DNA from: an uncultured Bacteroidales bacterium
GTDB taxonomy: Bacteria > Bacteroidota > Bacteroidia > Bacteroidales > VadinHA17
Direction of reading: 5' to 3'
DNA: 64,000 nucleotides
Assembly: GCA_963750735.1 (NCBI GenBank)
Contig: CAVVRY010000019.1
Coordinates: forward strand, 144,985-208,984
The translations under genes were made by a program, and so were the position numbers. The notes under the pieces are model-generated. The model did no database searches. It saw nothing but the letters and a program-made list of their open reading frames with translations, and was not told the origin of the DNA. Of the stretch, positions 19,448 through 30,315 are shown in pieces. Every line of letters begins with the position of its first letter. The first letter of the stretch is position 1.

Positions 19448-20857
19448 ATGGAAAAAATCAAATTTGGTACCGATGGGTGGAGGGGAATAATTGCAAAAGA
19501 GTTCACAGTTGATAATGTTTCCAGAGTGGCTTTGGCCATATCTAACTGGTTGGCTTCAAAAGGTCAGAATATGTCCGTGGTTATTGGATTTGACTGCAGG
19601 TTTGGTGGTGAAATGTTTGCCAAGACTATTGTGAAGGTGCTTGCTCATAGAGGGAATAAAGTTTATATGGCTCCTGAATTTGTTTCTACCCCAATGGTTT
19701 CTCATGGCGTTCTAAAACTTAAAGCCGACCTGGGTATAGTAATTACTGCGAGCCATAATCCGCCCGATTATAATGGTATAAAATTGAAAGGGGCATACGG
19801 AGGTCCACTATTTGATTCTGACTTGAAAAATATTGAATACCTTATTCATGAGACGAATGAGGTAAATCTTGAATCGGTAAAATGGGAGAATCTGATTGAT
19901 CATAATCTCGTTGAATATATCGATCTTGAGGCGTTATATATAGAACAAGTAAACAAGAATTTTGACCTGAAACTTATAAAAGATTCTGGTCTAATGATGG
20001 CATTTGATGCCATGCATGGCTCAGGTCAGAGAGTAATAAGGAAGTTAATTCCAGGAATTAAGTGTTTTCATTGTACAAAAGATCCTTTCTTTGGAGGTGT
20101 CCCCCCGGAACCGGTATATCAGAATCTGCTAGATTTTTCTGAAAAAATAAAAAATGATTGGAAGGTTGACCTAGGTCTTGCTGTTGATGGAGATGCTGAT
20201 CGAATTGCTTTATTTGATAAAGATGGAAGTTACATCGATTCGCATCATGTAATTTTGTTATTGATTCATTATCTGGCAGGTTATAAAAAATTAAAAGGTA
20301 AGGTAGTTACCGGCTTTTCCTCTTCGGTAAAAATTGAAACATTGGCAGCTCATTATGGATTAAAGGTCCAAAGAGTAAAAATTGGGTTTAAGCAAATCTC
20401 CCAGATAATGCTCAAGGAGGATGTAATTGTTGGGGGTGAGGAATCAGGTGGAATATCTATCACCGGGAACATCCCTGAAAGAGATGGAATATGGATGGGC
20501 CTGGCTATCTTACAATTTATGGCCGAATCAGGGAAATCAATTAGAGAACTAATTGACGAGATTTATAGTATTACTGGAAGTTTCGTTTATCAACGGCAGG
20601 ATTTGAAAGTTCCACCTGAATTGAAAACAAGGATTGTTAAGAAATGCAGGGAAGAGGGATTTTCAAGTTTTGGAGAGTATAAGGTTATAAAAACTGAAGA
20701 TTTTGACGGTTGGAAGTTTTATTTCAATGAGAATGAGTGGTATATGATTAGGCCTTCTGGTACAGAACCACTACTAAGGACCTATGCTGAGGCTGAGAAC
20801 CAACAGAGAGTTACAGATATTCTTAGAGTTGGGTATGATACTATAATGCGGGGTTAA
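19448..20857 (+). CDS. Phosphoglucomutase/phosphomannomutase family protein
   Basis: 469 aa. Active-site loop ITASHNPPDYNGIK, metal loop AVDGDADR, and GGEESGG. Confidence 0.85.
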   Translation: MEKIKFGTDGWRGIIAKEFTVDNVSRVALAISNWLASKGQNMSVVIGFDCRFGGEMFAKTIVKVLAHRGNKVYMAPEFVSTPMVSHGVLKLKADLGIVITASHNPPDYNGIKLKGAYGGPLFDSDLKNIEYLIHETNEVNLESVKWENLIDHNLVEYIDLEALYIEQVNKNFDLKLIKDSGLMMAFDAMHGSGQRVIRKLIPGIKCFHCTKDPFFGGVPPEPVYQNLLDFSEKIKNDWKVDLGLAVDGDADRIALFDKDGSYIDSHHVILLLIHYLAGYKKLKGKVVTGFSSSVKIETLAAHYGLKVQRVKIGFKQISQIMLKEDVIVGGEESGGISITGNIPERDGIWMGLAILQFMAESGKSIRELIDEIYSITGSFVYQRQDLKVPPELKTRIVKKCREEGFSSFGEYKVIKTEDFDGWKFYFNENEWYMIRPSGTEPLLRTYAEAENQQRVTDILRVGYDTIMRG

Positions 20858-20871
20858 ATACCAGATCCTAA

Positions 20872-21699
20872 CTATTCAGTTTTACCTGATGGATTATAAT
20901 ATTTCATGGCCTCAGGCATCCATTCTTTTATTTCCCTAATTCGAGTCTCATCTGATGGATGAGTGCTAAGAAATTCGGGAGGTGATTGGCCTGATTTCAT
21001 CTTAGCCATTCTTTCCCAGAAAGCAACAGCAACATTTGGATCATATCCTGCTTTAGCCATAAATACCAGCCCTAAATGATCCGCTTCACTTTCATGCAGT
21101 CGGCTATAAGGCAATACAGCACCTAATTGGGCGCCCAATCCAAAAGCCATCATCCACAATTCCTGTGTTTCTTCGGGTTTTTGCTCAAGAGCAGCTGATA
21201 AAGCCATACCTCCCATTTGTGTAGCTAAGACATGACTCATTCTTTCATTCCCGTGTTTGGCAATTGCATGGGCAATTTCATGTCCCATAACCACTGCCAG
21301 TCCTGCTTCATCTCTGGTCACGTCCATTATACCTGTATAGACAACAACTTTCCCTCCAGGCATACACCATGCATTAAGTTCTTTGCTCTCAACAAGATTA
21401 AACTCCCATTGATAATCCTTAAGCTCAACTATCATATTGTTTTCCCTAAAATATGTTTCAACAACATTTTGGATTTTACTACCAACTGATTTTACCATTT
21501 CAGTTTTTGATTTACTCTTACTAAGCGCATTCGTTTCCAAAAATTCATTGTATTGTTGAAAGCTCATCGGAATCATAGTAGAATTAGGCACTAGATTTAA
21601 TTGCTGCCTGCCAGTCAGCGGAACAGTACTGCAGGAATTGACTATTAGCATACTTGAAACTATCAAATACACCAGGATAATATTATGCTTCACTTTCAT
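20872..21699 (-). CDS. M48-family zinc metalloprotease (lipoprotein/secreted)
   Basis: 275 aa with a signal peptide ending in ..VNSC. HExxH motif GHEIAHAIAKHG and downstream ESEADHLG. Confidence 0.85.
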   Translation of the reverse strand: MKVKHNIILVYLIVSSMLIVNSCSTVPLTGRQQLNLVPNSTMIPMSFQQYNEFLETNALSKSKSKTEMVKSVGSKIQNVVETYFRENNMIVELKDYQWEFNLVESKELNAWCMPGGKVVVYTGIMDVTRDEAGLAVVMGHEIAHAIAKHGNERMSHVLATQMGGMALSAALEQKPEETQELWMMAFGLGAQLGAVLPYSRLHESEADHLGLVFMAKAGYDPNVAVAFWERMAKMKSGQSPPEFLSTHPSDETRIREIKEWMPEAMKYYNPSGKTE

Positions 21700-21732
21700 A
21701 TTTCAAATTTTGTTCAAATATATTATAGGTTT

Positions 21733-22743
21733 TTAAATTACTAATACTTCTCTCTCTAATTGTAGCCCAAATTTCATATCCACTGATTGGCTAATTCTCT
21801 CAGAAAACTCAAAAATCTCCTTGCCGGTTGCATTACCATAATTGACGATAATTAATGCATGTTTTGGATAAATTCCAACATCACCTTCTCTTTTTCCCTT
21901 CCATCCGCATTGCTCAATTAACCAACCTGCAGAAATTTTCATTGATGATTTCTGATCTGGATATCCTGGAATATCTTTAAATTGAGATTTAAGTTGCTCA
22001 AACTCATCAACCGATACGATTGGATTCTTAAAGAAACTTCCTGCGCTTCCAATTTTATTTACTTCTGGCAATTTGCTATTCCTTATGGAAATAACTGTAT
22101 CTCGAATATTTCTCAGGTCGATATCTTCGGCCTGTTCAAGTTTTTCTTTTAGAAGACCATAATTTAGTATGGGATTGGGCTTTTTACTTAACTTGAATGA
22201 TATTGAGCTAACTATGAACTTGTTCTTTAAGGTAGTTTTAAATATACTAGATCTGTATCCAAACTCACATTCTTTATTTGTCAATTCCCAGTGGGCTTTG
22301 TCTGGAATGTAAATTCCCTCAACTTTTGTTATAACATCCTTTACTTCAGTTCCATAGGCTCCGATGTTTTGTATTGGAGCAGAACCAGCTGATCCAGGGA
22401 TGAGTGATAAATTTTCCACTCCCCAGTACCCATTATTTACGCACCATTCAACAAAAGTATCCCAATTTTCTCCTGAACCTACTTTGACTATTATATAATC
22501 AGTAGATTCTTCAACAGTTTTAATTCCCAACATCTCTGGTTTTATTATGATTCCAGAATAGTTGGTTGTAAAAAGTAGGTTGGAACCTTCACCAATTATA
22601 AAAAAAGGAATTTTATGAAAAATATCTGCATCAGTTATTTCAATAATATCAGCAATATTTTTTGGTGCTGCAAAGTAATTTGTATGCACGTTTAAAAGAA
22701 AGGTGTTATTGTCTTTGAGTGAATGGTTCTGTAATATTTTCAT
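21733..22743 (-). CDS. murB: UDP-N-acetylenolpyruvoylglucosamine reductase
   Basis: 336 aa with an FAD-binding domain (IGEGSNLLF) and a MurB C-terminal domain (SAGWLIEQCGWKG). Confidence 0.9.
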   Translation of the reverse strand: MKILQNHSLKDNNTFLLNVHTNYFAAPKNIADIIEITDADIFHKIPFFIIGEGSNLLFTTNYSGIIIKPEMLGIKTVEESTDYIIVKVGSGENWDTFVEWCVNNGYWGVENLSLIPGSAGSAPIQNIGAYGTEVKDVITKVEGIYIPDKAHWELTNKECEFGYRSSIFKTTLKNKFIVSSISFKLSKKPNPILNYGLLKEKLEQAEDIDLRNIRDTVISIRNSKLPEVNKIGSAGSFFKNPIVSVDEFEQLKSQFKDIPGYPDQKSSMKISAGWLIEQCGWKGKREGDVGIYPKHALIIVNYGNATGKEIFEFSERISQSVDMKFGLQLEREVLVI

Positions 22744-22864
22744 GAATAACAGATGGCTTTATACAATCGGAAAAAGGTAATATTATTATGTTTTTCCTAA
22801 ATTCGTAGATCTTAAGTATTGAACACTTCGTAGTTTAGGTTTCAAATATAGGAGAATCAGTGAT

Positions 22865-23983
22865 TTGAAAAAAATTATTATTTCAGTTACCAATGATATA
22901 ATTACCGATCAAAGGGTTTTTAGGATTGCAAATTCTCTTTCGAACAATGGATTTGAAGTATTTATTATAGGAAGAAAGACAAGAAACAGTCTGCCAATTG
23001 AAAATTTTCCTTTTAAATTTATAAGATTCAGACTAATTTTTGGAAGGGGACCATTCTTCTATGCTTGTTTTAACCTTCGTTTATTTTTGTACCTTCTTAT
23101 TAACAAAACTGATATGCTTCTTTCAAATGATCTGGATACTTTACTGCCAAATTACATTATATCCAGATTAAAAAGAATCCCTCTTGTTTATGATTCACAT
23201 GAATATTTTACAGAGGTCCCAGAACTTGTAAACCGGCAAGGAACTAAGAAAATATGGTTGCTGATTGAGAATTATATTCTTCCAAAACTCAACTACGCTT
23301 GTACTGTAAGTCAGTCAATTGCGGATGCTTATTTCGAGAAATATAATATTGATATGAAGGTTATTAGGAATCTTCCTGTTTTAGCAGAACCAACTAAAAA
23401 GAAAATCATTATTTCTGGCCTTAATGGGGAAAAAGTGATACTATACCAGGGAACGTTAAACCCAGGAAGAGGAATTGAAACTGCTATTGAAGCAATGAGA
23501 TATATCCCTGATGCCAAATTTGTAATAGTGGGAGAGGGGCCTGAGAGAAATAAGCTCGAAAAACTTAGTTATAAACTTAAGCTAACTGATAAAGTACTTT
23601 TTATGGGACGATACTTGCCTTCAGATCTTAAAAGCATTACTTCTCAGGCAGATGTTGGAATTTCTCTTGAAGAAAACATTGGACTCAGTTATAAATATTC
23701 GTTGCCAAATAAATTATTTGATTATATTCATGCTAATGTTCCAGTGCTGGTATCTCCACTTATAGAGATGAAGGGAATTGTGGAGGAATATGGTATTGGT
23801 GAAGTACTTGAAAAGCACAGTCCAGAATACCTGGCTGAAAAAATAAAAGATATGCTTGCGGATAAGGAGAAGATTTTAGAATGGAAGAAAAATCTATTAA
23901 TGGCCAGTAGAGATTTGTGTTGGGAAAATGAAGAGCAAGTTCTTTTTAAGCTGTTTAAACAGATTAAAAAAATTAAAAAATAA
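22865..23983 (+). CDS. Glycosyltransferase, GT-B fold (group 1/GT4-like)
   Basis: 372 aa, TTG start. The C-terminal half has the typical ..VGEGPERNKLE.. and E-x7-E-like region. Confidence 0.8.
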   Translation: MKKIIISVTNDIITDQRVFRIANSLSNNGFEVFIIGRKTRNSLPIENFPFKFIRFRLIFGRGPFFYACFNLRLFLYLLINKTDMLLSNDLDTLLPNYIISRLKRIPLVYDSHEYFTEVPELVNRQGTKKIWLLIENYILPKLNYACTVSQSIADAYFEKYNIDMKVIRNLPVLAEPTKKKIIISGLNGEKVILYQGTLNPGRGIETAIEAMRYIPDAKFVIVGEGPERNKLEKLSYKLKLTDKVLFMGRYLPSDLKSITSQADVGISLEENIGLSYKYSLPNKLFDYIHANVPVLVSPLIEMKGIVEEYGIGEVLEKHSPEYLAEKIKDMLADKEKILEWKKNLLMASRDLCWENEEQVLFKLFKQIKKIKK

Positions 23984-23989
23984 TATAAT

Positions 23990-24472
23990 ATGAAAAAAAT
24001 ATCAATTTTCCTGGCTTCTCTGGGAGTGGCTATTCTTACCTTTAATCATTTGGCTCGCATACAAGATTGGGTATTTGACTTTGGTTTTGAGAAATCAGAG
24101 GACCTTTTAGAGAAAGGAAGTAAAATTCCACTCGATTCAATTCATGGATTACCTGTACTGGGGTACTTAATTCTTGCCATTGCAGCTTTTTTCGGAAGCA
24201 TATCCTATAAGAAACCTGTATTTACCTGGACAGGAGTAGTCTTTCTTGTGATAATAGTTGGATATCTTTTTAAACTTTTGGGATGGCCTGGAGAAAATTT
24301 AGTTCTTACCGCCTCATATGGGTTCTTCATTATAATTATTATCCCATGGTTTACCTCTTTTCTTATGCTTTATCCTCAGGAAAAACCTAAAAATGAACCT
24401 GAATCAAAAGTAGAAAATCAGAATGAAAAGGTCATTGAAGAGAAAGTTGAGGAAAACGGGAGTTTTACATAA
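23990..24472 (+). CDS. Hypothetical polytopic membrane protein with an acidic C-terminal tail
   Basis: 160-aa ORF starting 6 nt after the glycosyltransferase. About four hydrophobic helices. No family recognised. Confidence 0.55.
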   Translation: MKKISIFLASLGVAILTFNHLARIQDWVFDFGFEKSEDLLEKGSKIPLDSIHGLPVLGYLILAIAAFFGSISYKKPVFTWTGVVFLVIIVGYLFKLLGWPGENLVLTASYGFFIIIIIPWFTSFLMLYPQEKPKNEPESKVENQNEKVIEEKVEENGSFT

Positions 24473-24489
24473 TTTATTCTTTTATTCAA

Positions 24490-24524
24490 ATTCAGATTCA
24501 TTTGAGGATTTCATGAATCTGAAT
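24490..24524. terminator. 12-bp perfect inverted repeat between convergent genes (possible terminator hairpin)
   Basis: attcagattcat (24490-24501) / atgaatctgaat (24513-24524) with an 11-nt loop. It overlaps the nitroreductase stop codon. There is no clear T-run. Confidence 0.35.
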
Positions 24525-25122
24525 ACTTATTGAATCGTATTATCTTTTCGATGCTTTTTCTCTTTTTTTCTCTCAACGCATCAGAAGAGTATCCAAGAGT
24601 AATGATTAGCAATGGCCTTTTATTCGTTGGAATGTTTAGCAATGATTTGACCTTTTTCTCATTGAACCATCCTATCATACAACTTCCCAACCCTTCAGAG
24701 GCAGCCTGCAAGCAAAAATGTTCTGCGGCAATTCCAATGTCAATAAGTGTGTAATCTTTGTCTTTAATAGCCCTACCAATTGACGAAGTTAGATTTGCAA
24801 ATTCCTGCACTATAACAATGTGCACTGGTGCCTGCTTTGTGAAATGATTTAAAGGTAACAAGCGATTTGATGTTGAATCCGCAATTTTATTTTTTAATTC
24901 TTTATCATTCACTACTACAAATGTCCAGGGTTGTGAATTGCACGCTGATGGAGCCAGCCTGGCAGCTTCGATACATCGGAGCAATTTATCCTCTTCAACT
25001 TGTTTGTCAAAGTAAGCTCTATCACTTTGCCTGCGTGAAACAAGGTTCAAAAAATCTAACACCTTGGCGGTAATATTCTTTTCATCCGTTTGATCCATAT
25101 TTTTCAAGCTGATCTGATTCAA
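24511..25122 (-). CDS. Nitroreductase-family protein
   Basis: 203 aa. Motifs RRQSDRAYFDK and APSACNSQPW are typical of the FMN nitroreductase fold. The start may instead be the ATG at 25098. Confidence 0.75.
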   Translation of the reverse strand: MNQISLKNMDQTDEKNITAKVLDFLNLVSRRQSDRAYFDKQVEEDKLLRCIEAARLAPSACNSQPWTFVVVNDKELKNKIADSTSNRLLPLNHFTKQAPVHIVIVQEFANLTSSIGRAIKDKDYTLIDIGIAAEHFCLQAASEGLGSCMIGWFNEKKVKSLLNIPTNKRPLLIITLGYSSDALREKKRKSIEKIIRFNKYSDS

Positions 25123-25744
25123 AAATTCTTCCTGAAATATTCTTCATTTGGATAATTATCATTGCTCGTGCAACTGTTTCAGCCTTAATGGCCCTGTATT
25201 TCTTAAAACGACCAAACAATAAAAAATTCGAAGGAATCATTACTAATTTACCTATTTCCTCAACAAATCTAAACTCTTTTCGGTTTCCCAATAACATCGA
25301 TGGCCTTACAATAGTTGTTTTTTTAAACCCCAGATTGAGAATGGCATTCTCCATTTCTCCTTTAGTTCGAAGATAAAAGTTAGAACCATTTGCATTTGCT
25401 CCAATGGATGAAACAACACATATAGCCGATACTTGATTTTCTAGGGCAATTTCCCCCATTAATACAGGTATTTCCAGGTCAACTCTTTTGAATGCTTCTT
25501 TGGATCCAGCTTTTTTAATAGTGGTTCCAAGACAGCAAAAAAGAATATCTCCTTTTATGTTAGTTTTTAGGAATTCAGGATCGTCAAGTGGCCCAATGTA
25601 TTGACTAAGTTTTGTGTGCTTAATACCACTGTCTCGTCTTGAAATTGAAATGACTTTCGTAAAATAAGGATCCTCCAGAAGCTGAGTTAATAAGGAATTT
25701 CCCACTAAACCTGTAGCTCCGGTAACAATTGCTATTTGACTCAT
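25082..25744 (-). CDS. NAD(P)-binding atypical SDR/epimerase-like oxidoreductase
   Basis: 220 aa with the N-terminal Rossmann motif IAIVTGATGLVGNSLL. Confidence 0.75.
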   Translation of the reverse strand: MSQIAIVTGATGLVGNSLLTQLLEDPYFTKVISISRRDSGIKHTKLSQYIGPLDDPEFLKTNIKGDILFCCLGTTIKKAGSKEAFKRVDLEIPVLMGEIALENQVSAICVVSSIGANANGSNFYLRTKGEMENAILNLGFKKTTIVRPSMLLGNRKEFRFVEEIGKLVMIPSNFLLFGRFKKYRAIKAETVARAMIIIQMKNISGRIFESDQLEKYGSNG

Positions 25745-25769
25745 TGGAAAAACGATTTAATTTGTAAGT

Positions 25770-27494
25770 TTAATATCCTGATGCCTGCCCATCTTTGCGG
25801 GATTCAGATGCACCATAGTACACTTTATTTTTCTCATCCCACATTATTGCCTGGTAGCCGCCATAACCGCCTATTGTCCAATCTATATTGTGACCCATCC
25901 TCATAAGGCTTTTAAGAATGTCATAATCAATGCCGGATTCAAGATACAATGTGCCTCCATTGGTCATTTTCTCCCCTGTAGGTTGTGATGAACCACTATG
26001 CCGAATTCTTGGTGCATCGCCGGCTTCCTGTAAATTCATGCCAAAATCGATAAGATTGACAACAATTTGAGTATGACCCTGAGGTTGCATGGCCCCACCC
26101 ATTAATCCAAAACTAATCCATGGATTGCCATCTTTTGTAATAAATGCTGGTATTATGGTATGAAAAGGTCTCTTGCCTGGTGCATAACAATTCATATGTC
26201 CTTCTTCAAGGCTGAACAATTCACCCCTATCCTGAAGTATAAAACCCAATCCTGGAGGGACCATTCCGGAACCCATTCCCCTGTAATTACTCTGAATTAA
26301 CGATACCATATTTCCCCATTTATCAGAAACAGTAAGGTAGATGGTATTGCCCTGCTCTAATTCACCGGCAGGATAAGATCGTGCAGCACGCTGTTCATTT
26401 ATTAATGATCTTCTTTCTTTTGCATACTTTTTTGATAATAACTGATCTAAAGGAATTTCATGGAAAGCAGGATCAGCATAGTATTTGGCTCTATCCTCAA
26501 ATGCGAGTTTCTTGGCTTCGGTAAAATAATGTATGTACTCAGCACTTCCAAATCCCATTGACTTTATATCATATCCTTCAAGTATATTGAGCATTTGAAG
26601 TGCGGCTGTACCCTGACCGTTGGGTGGTAGTTCCCAAACATCATATCCACGATAATTTGTAGAAATTGGTTCAACCCATTCTGATTTATGGCTGGCTAAA
26701 TCTTCATAGCTTAAGAAGCCTCCTTGCTCTTTCATAAATTTGCCAATTGTTTTAGCTATTTCTCCTTTGTAAAAAGCATCCCGACCACCTTTAGCAATTT
26801 GTTCAAGAGTGTTGGCCAGATATGGATTTTTAAAGACTTCACCTTTAGCAGGAGCTTTTCCTCCAGGCATAAAAATATCTTCGAAATTTGGATACCTTTT
26901 CAGCGATCGAGAATTCCCTTGCCAGTAATAGGCAATCAACTCTGTAAGAGGAAACCCATTTTTTGCATAGCTGATTGCAGGTTCAAGAATGTCATTCATT
27001 TTTAGACTTCCAAATTTACTATGTAGCTCAAACCATCCATCAACACAGCCAGGTACTGAAACTGGTAATGGGCCATGGGAAGGTATTTTTTCATACCCTT
27101 TATCTTTAAAATAATTCAGGCTAAGCGATTTGGGAGATCGACCACTGGCATTCAAACCATATAATTTTTTTGTTTCTGCATCCCAGACAATCGCAAATAG
27201 ATCACCCCCCATTCCATTTCCTGTTGGCTCAACCAGACCAAGAACTGCATTTGCTGCAATAGCTGCATCAATGGCATTGCCACCTTTTTTAAGGATGTCT
27301 AGGGCAACCTGGGTAGCCAAAGGCTGACTGGTACACGCCATTCCATGCTGAGCTATTACTTCAGATCTGGTGGCAAATGACAGGCCGGTAATTCTATCCT
27401 GACTCTTTGTAATTATGGCAATAGAACCAAGTAAGAAAATAGTTGCGATTGCCTTCTTAATGAAATTGGTTTTTAGTTGGATTTTTAAATTCAT
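25770..27494 (-). CDS. ggt: Gamma-glutamyltransferase
   Basis: 574 aa with a signal peptide. GMGGDLF motif, autoprocessing/nucleophile region GKRPFHTIIPAF, and GLMGGAMQPQGH. Confidence 0.9.
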   Translation of the reverse strand: MNLKIQLKTNFIKKAIATIFLLGSIAIITKSQDRITGLSFATRSEVIAQHGMACTSQPLATQVALDILKKGGNAIDAAIAANAVLGLVEPTGNGMGGDLFAIVWDAETKKLYGLNASGRSPKSLSLNYFKDKGYEKIPSHGPLPVSVPGCVDGWFELHSKFGSLKMNDILEPAISYAKNGFPLTELIAYYWQGNSRSLKRYPNFEDIFMPGGKAPAKGEVFKNPYLANTLEQIAKGGRDAFYKGEIAKTIGKFMKEQGGFLSYEDLASHKSEWVEPISTNYRGYDVWELPPNGQGTAALQMLNILEGYDIKSMGFGSAEYIHYFTEAKKLAFEDRAKYYADPAFHEIPLDQLLSKKYAKERRSLINEQRAARSYPAGELEQGNTIYLTVSDKWGNMVSLIQSNYRGMGSGMVPPGLGFILQDRGELFSLEEGHMNCYAPGKRPFHTIIPAFITKDGNPWISFGLMGGAMQPQGHTQIVVNLIDFGMNLQEAGDAPRIRHSGSSQPTGEKMTNGGTLYLESGIDYDILKSLMRMGHNIDWTIGGYGGYQAIMWDEKNKVYYGASESRKDGQASGY

Positions 27495-27581
27495 GATTAA
27501 ACTGAGTTTAACGAAAGGTTTTTACAATTGGGAATTTATAATGAATAGCTAATATAAAAATAATAGCCTTTCAATTGATGA

Positions 27582-28910
27582 CTATTTCTTATTAAATAGT
27601 TTTATCAAAGAGAAACTCATTCCCAATGTGCCAGTTTCGATGGTCTTCTGGTAATCCGGGGCGAAATATGGTGAATGAAGAGAAGGTAAAGTTGTTTCAT
27701 TTTCTAATTGATTTACTTTATTTTCATGAGATACGGTACCCAACATGAACATCATTATTGGGATTTCTTCTTCTGTTCTGCCATATCTCCCAAAATCTTC
27801 TCCAGCCATGAGTGGATCAGTAACAATTACGTTTTCCGTGCCGATTGCTTCTCTGAAATATCCTGTTATAGCCTTAGTTAATAATGGATCATTAATAACA
27901 GGAGGAGTGAAATCATCAGAAACAATAATTTTTGGAAATTTATCCGGAGATAAACCTGCCGATTCTCCAATTCCAGCAGTAATTCTATTTAGGGATCTAA
28001 GCATTTGCTCGTATACCTCATCCTTATAAAACCTGAGCGTTAATTGAAGGTCAACCTGATCCGGAATGATATTGTGTTTTGTTCCCCCATGAATAGATCC
28101 AACAGTAATAACGGCAGGATCAAGTGGGGAAATTTCACGACTTACTATGGTTTGGATATCAAGAATAGTGCGGGCGGCTAGTACAACAGGATCAATGGTT
28201 TTATGAGGTATGGCACCATGACCACCCTCACCATAAATTCTAATATCTACAGAGCTTACGCCCGCAAATGCTGGACCTGAGCAATATCCAATAGTGCCAG
28301 CTTCCAACTCCGGATCTACATGCAGAGCAAGCGCATAATTGGGTACAGGAAACTTTTGAAATAGTCCATTTTCAATCATAGCATTTGCACCACCACTCAT
28401 TTCTTCTGCTTGCTGAGCAATCATAATTAAAGTTCCATGCCAGGAATTCTTGAATTTTATCAAAGTTGATGCTGTTCCAGCCCAGACGCTCATGTGAATA
28501 TCATGGCCACAGGCATGCATAACACCAACCTTTTTTCCTTCTTTGGTTTGGAAAGTAATGTTACTGGCATAGGGAAGATTTGTTTTTTCAACCAGAGGAA
28601 GTGCATCCATATCGGTTCTGACCAATACCACAGGACCTTTCCCATTTTTATATACTCCAACAACATTATTTCCACCGAAATTCTGAGTGACTTCAAAGCC
28701 CAATCCTTTCAAAATGGTGGCCATTTTCTTTGAGGTCTCAATTTCATGAAAAGATAATTCAGGATTTTGATGGAGGTCCAGATAAAGATTCTCCAGATCT
28801 TTAAGGTTGTTAGATATGAAATTTCTTAAATCCATTGTTGAAACATCTTTTTGAGAAAAAGAAAACTGTGATATAGTAAAAAACAAGGTTGCAATTAAAT
28901 ATTTTCTCAT
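27582..28910 (-). CDS. M20-family amidohydrolase/peptidase (M20D-like), secreted
   Basis: 442 aa with a signal peptide. Motifs MHACGHD and GGHGA. Confidence 0.85.
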   Translation of the reverse strand: MRKYLIATLFFTISQFSFSQKDVSTMDLRNFISNNLKDLENLYLDLHQNPELSFHEIETSKKMATILKGLGFEVTQNFGGNNVVGVYKNGKGPVVLVRTDMDALPLVEKTNLPYASNITFQTKEGKKVGVMHACGHDIHMSVWAGTASTLIKFKNSWHGTLIMIAQQAEEMSGGANAMIENGLFQKFPVPNYALALHVDPELEAGTIGYCSGPAFAGVSSVDIRIYGEGGHGAIPHKTIDPVVLAARTILDIQTIVSREISPLDPAVITVGSIHGGTKHNIIPDQVDLQLTLRFYKDEVYEQMLRSLNRITAGIGESAGLSPDKFPKIIVSDDFTPPVINDPLLTKAITGYFREAIGTENVIVTDPLMAGEDFGRYGRTEEEIPIMMFMLGTVSHENKVNQLENETTLPSLHSPYFAPDYQKTIETGTLGMSFSLIKLFNKK

Positions 28911-29007
28911 GCTTTGTTTTACAAATTTACTTAGTTAGTTGAAAATGTATAGATAGCTCAAATCCTTTTATGGTTCGATTAAAGGACTGCTATTTCAAAG
29001 GGAATAA

Positions 29008-30258
29008 TTATAAATTCAGTAATCTTTTGTCAGGGTTTCCGGCACCTAACAACATTTGGATTGGATTCTCAATAAATTCCTTAATTGTTACCAGAAAACC
29101 TACTGAATCCTTTCCATCAATTATTCTATGATCATAAGATAATGCCAAATACATTATGGGTCTAATCTCAACATTCCCATTTATTGCCACCGGTCGTTCA
29201 ACAATATTGTGCATTCCTAAAATTGCAGCCTGTGGAGGATTTAAGATTGGGGTTGAAAGCATTGATCCGAATACACCACCGTTTGTAATTGTGAAAGTCC
29301 CTCCGACCATATCTTCAATGCTTATTCTGTTTATTCGTGCTTTGTTGGCAAGATCCATTATTCTTTGTTCAATATCAGCAAGACTCAAGGATTCCGCATT
29401 GCGAATTACCGGAACCATCAACCCCTTTTCTGTCTGCACAGCAATGCCAATGTCTGAATAATTAAACCGAATGAAGTTTTCACCATCCATCATTGAATTA
29501 ACCTGAGGATAGTTTTTTAAAGCTAAACTGGCAGCCTTTGTGAAAAATGACATAAAGCCTAATTTTACTTCATGTTTTTCTTGAAACTGTTTCTGATATG
29601 TTTTTCTTAAACGGATAATTTCGCTTACATCAACTTCATTAAAAGTAGTGAGCATGGCAGTTTCGTTCTTGACCGAAACCAATCGTTCACCGAGCTTTCT
29701 CCGGAGTTGAGACATCCTAACAGTTTCACTATCCCTGTTTGCTATGACTGTTATTCCACTTAAGTTTTCACCTGAAGATTCATTTAAACCCGAAACTGCC
29801 AGTTCAACATCAGTTTTGCTTATTCGTTTTAGGCCTTTAATAATATCCTCAATGGATAACCCTTTCTCATCCATCATTTTGGCTGCCAATGGTGAAATTT
29901 TTATATTATCATTTTTTGTATCCGGACTTTTTATTTCTGGCGTTTCAGCCTTTTTAATCTCAGCTGGTTTATCTGCAATCACTTTTTCTTTCTTTTCCGG
30001 CTGTGCTTTTTTCGTTCCTTTCTTAGATGTGTCAATTTTGCAGGCAACTGATCTTACCGGGATAGCTTCGGCAGTTGGAGCTAAGGAAAAAATTTTGCCA
30101 CTATCTTCTGCTAACAATGGGAGTGTGGCCTTTTCAGATTCAATTTCAGCAATTTCCTGGTCTTTTTCTACGAAATCTCCTTCATTGACAAACCAGGTAG
30201 CAATTTCAACTTCTGTTATTGATTCTCCCGGACTTGGTATCTTAATTTCAATGATCAT
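29008..30258 (-). CDS. sucB: 2-oxoglutarate dehydrogenase E2, dihydrolipoamide succinyltransferase
   Basis: 416 aa. Lipoyl domain ([10 protein letters not shown]), E3-binding domain, and catalytic motif [10 protein letters not shown]. Confidence 0.9.
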   Translation of the reverse strand: MIIEIKIPSPGESITEVEIATWFVNEGDFVEKDQEIAEIESEKATLPLLAEDSGKIFSLAPTAEAIPVRSVACKIDTSKKGTKKAQPEKKEKVIADKPAEIKKAETPEIKSPDTKNDNIKISPLAAKMMDEKGLSIEDIIKGLKRISKTDVELAVSGLNESSGENLSGITVIANRDSETVRMSQLRRKLGERLVSVKNETAMLTTFNEVDVSEIIRLRKTYQKQFQEKHEVKLGFMSFFTKAASLALKNYPQVNSMMDGENFIRFNYSDIGIAVQTEKGLMVPVIRNAESLSLADIEQRIMDLANKARINRISIEDMVGGTFTITNGGVFGSMLSTPILNPPQAAILGMHNIVERPVAINGNVEIRPIMYLALSYDHRIIDGKDSVGFLVTIKEFIENPIQMLLGAGNPDKRLLNL

Positions 30259-30315
30259 GGTTTAAATCTCAAATTTTATGTTTGTAGGATTCTGTTAGCC
30301 TTCCAATTGCATCTT

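Noticed and set aside
29744-30265. Long antisense or alternate-frame ORFs inside well-supported genes (29744..30265 opposite sucB, 35514..35987 and 35161..35598 in the nfnB-like gene, 50505..50951 opposite DUF1080, 55897..56295 opposite the Gfo gene, 33438..33806)
   Set aside because: Each is fully embedded in a gene with strong family motifs on the other strand or frame. Their translations are low-complexity or hydrophobic with no recognisable motifs, as expected from codon bias in an AT-rich genome.
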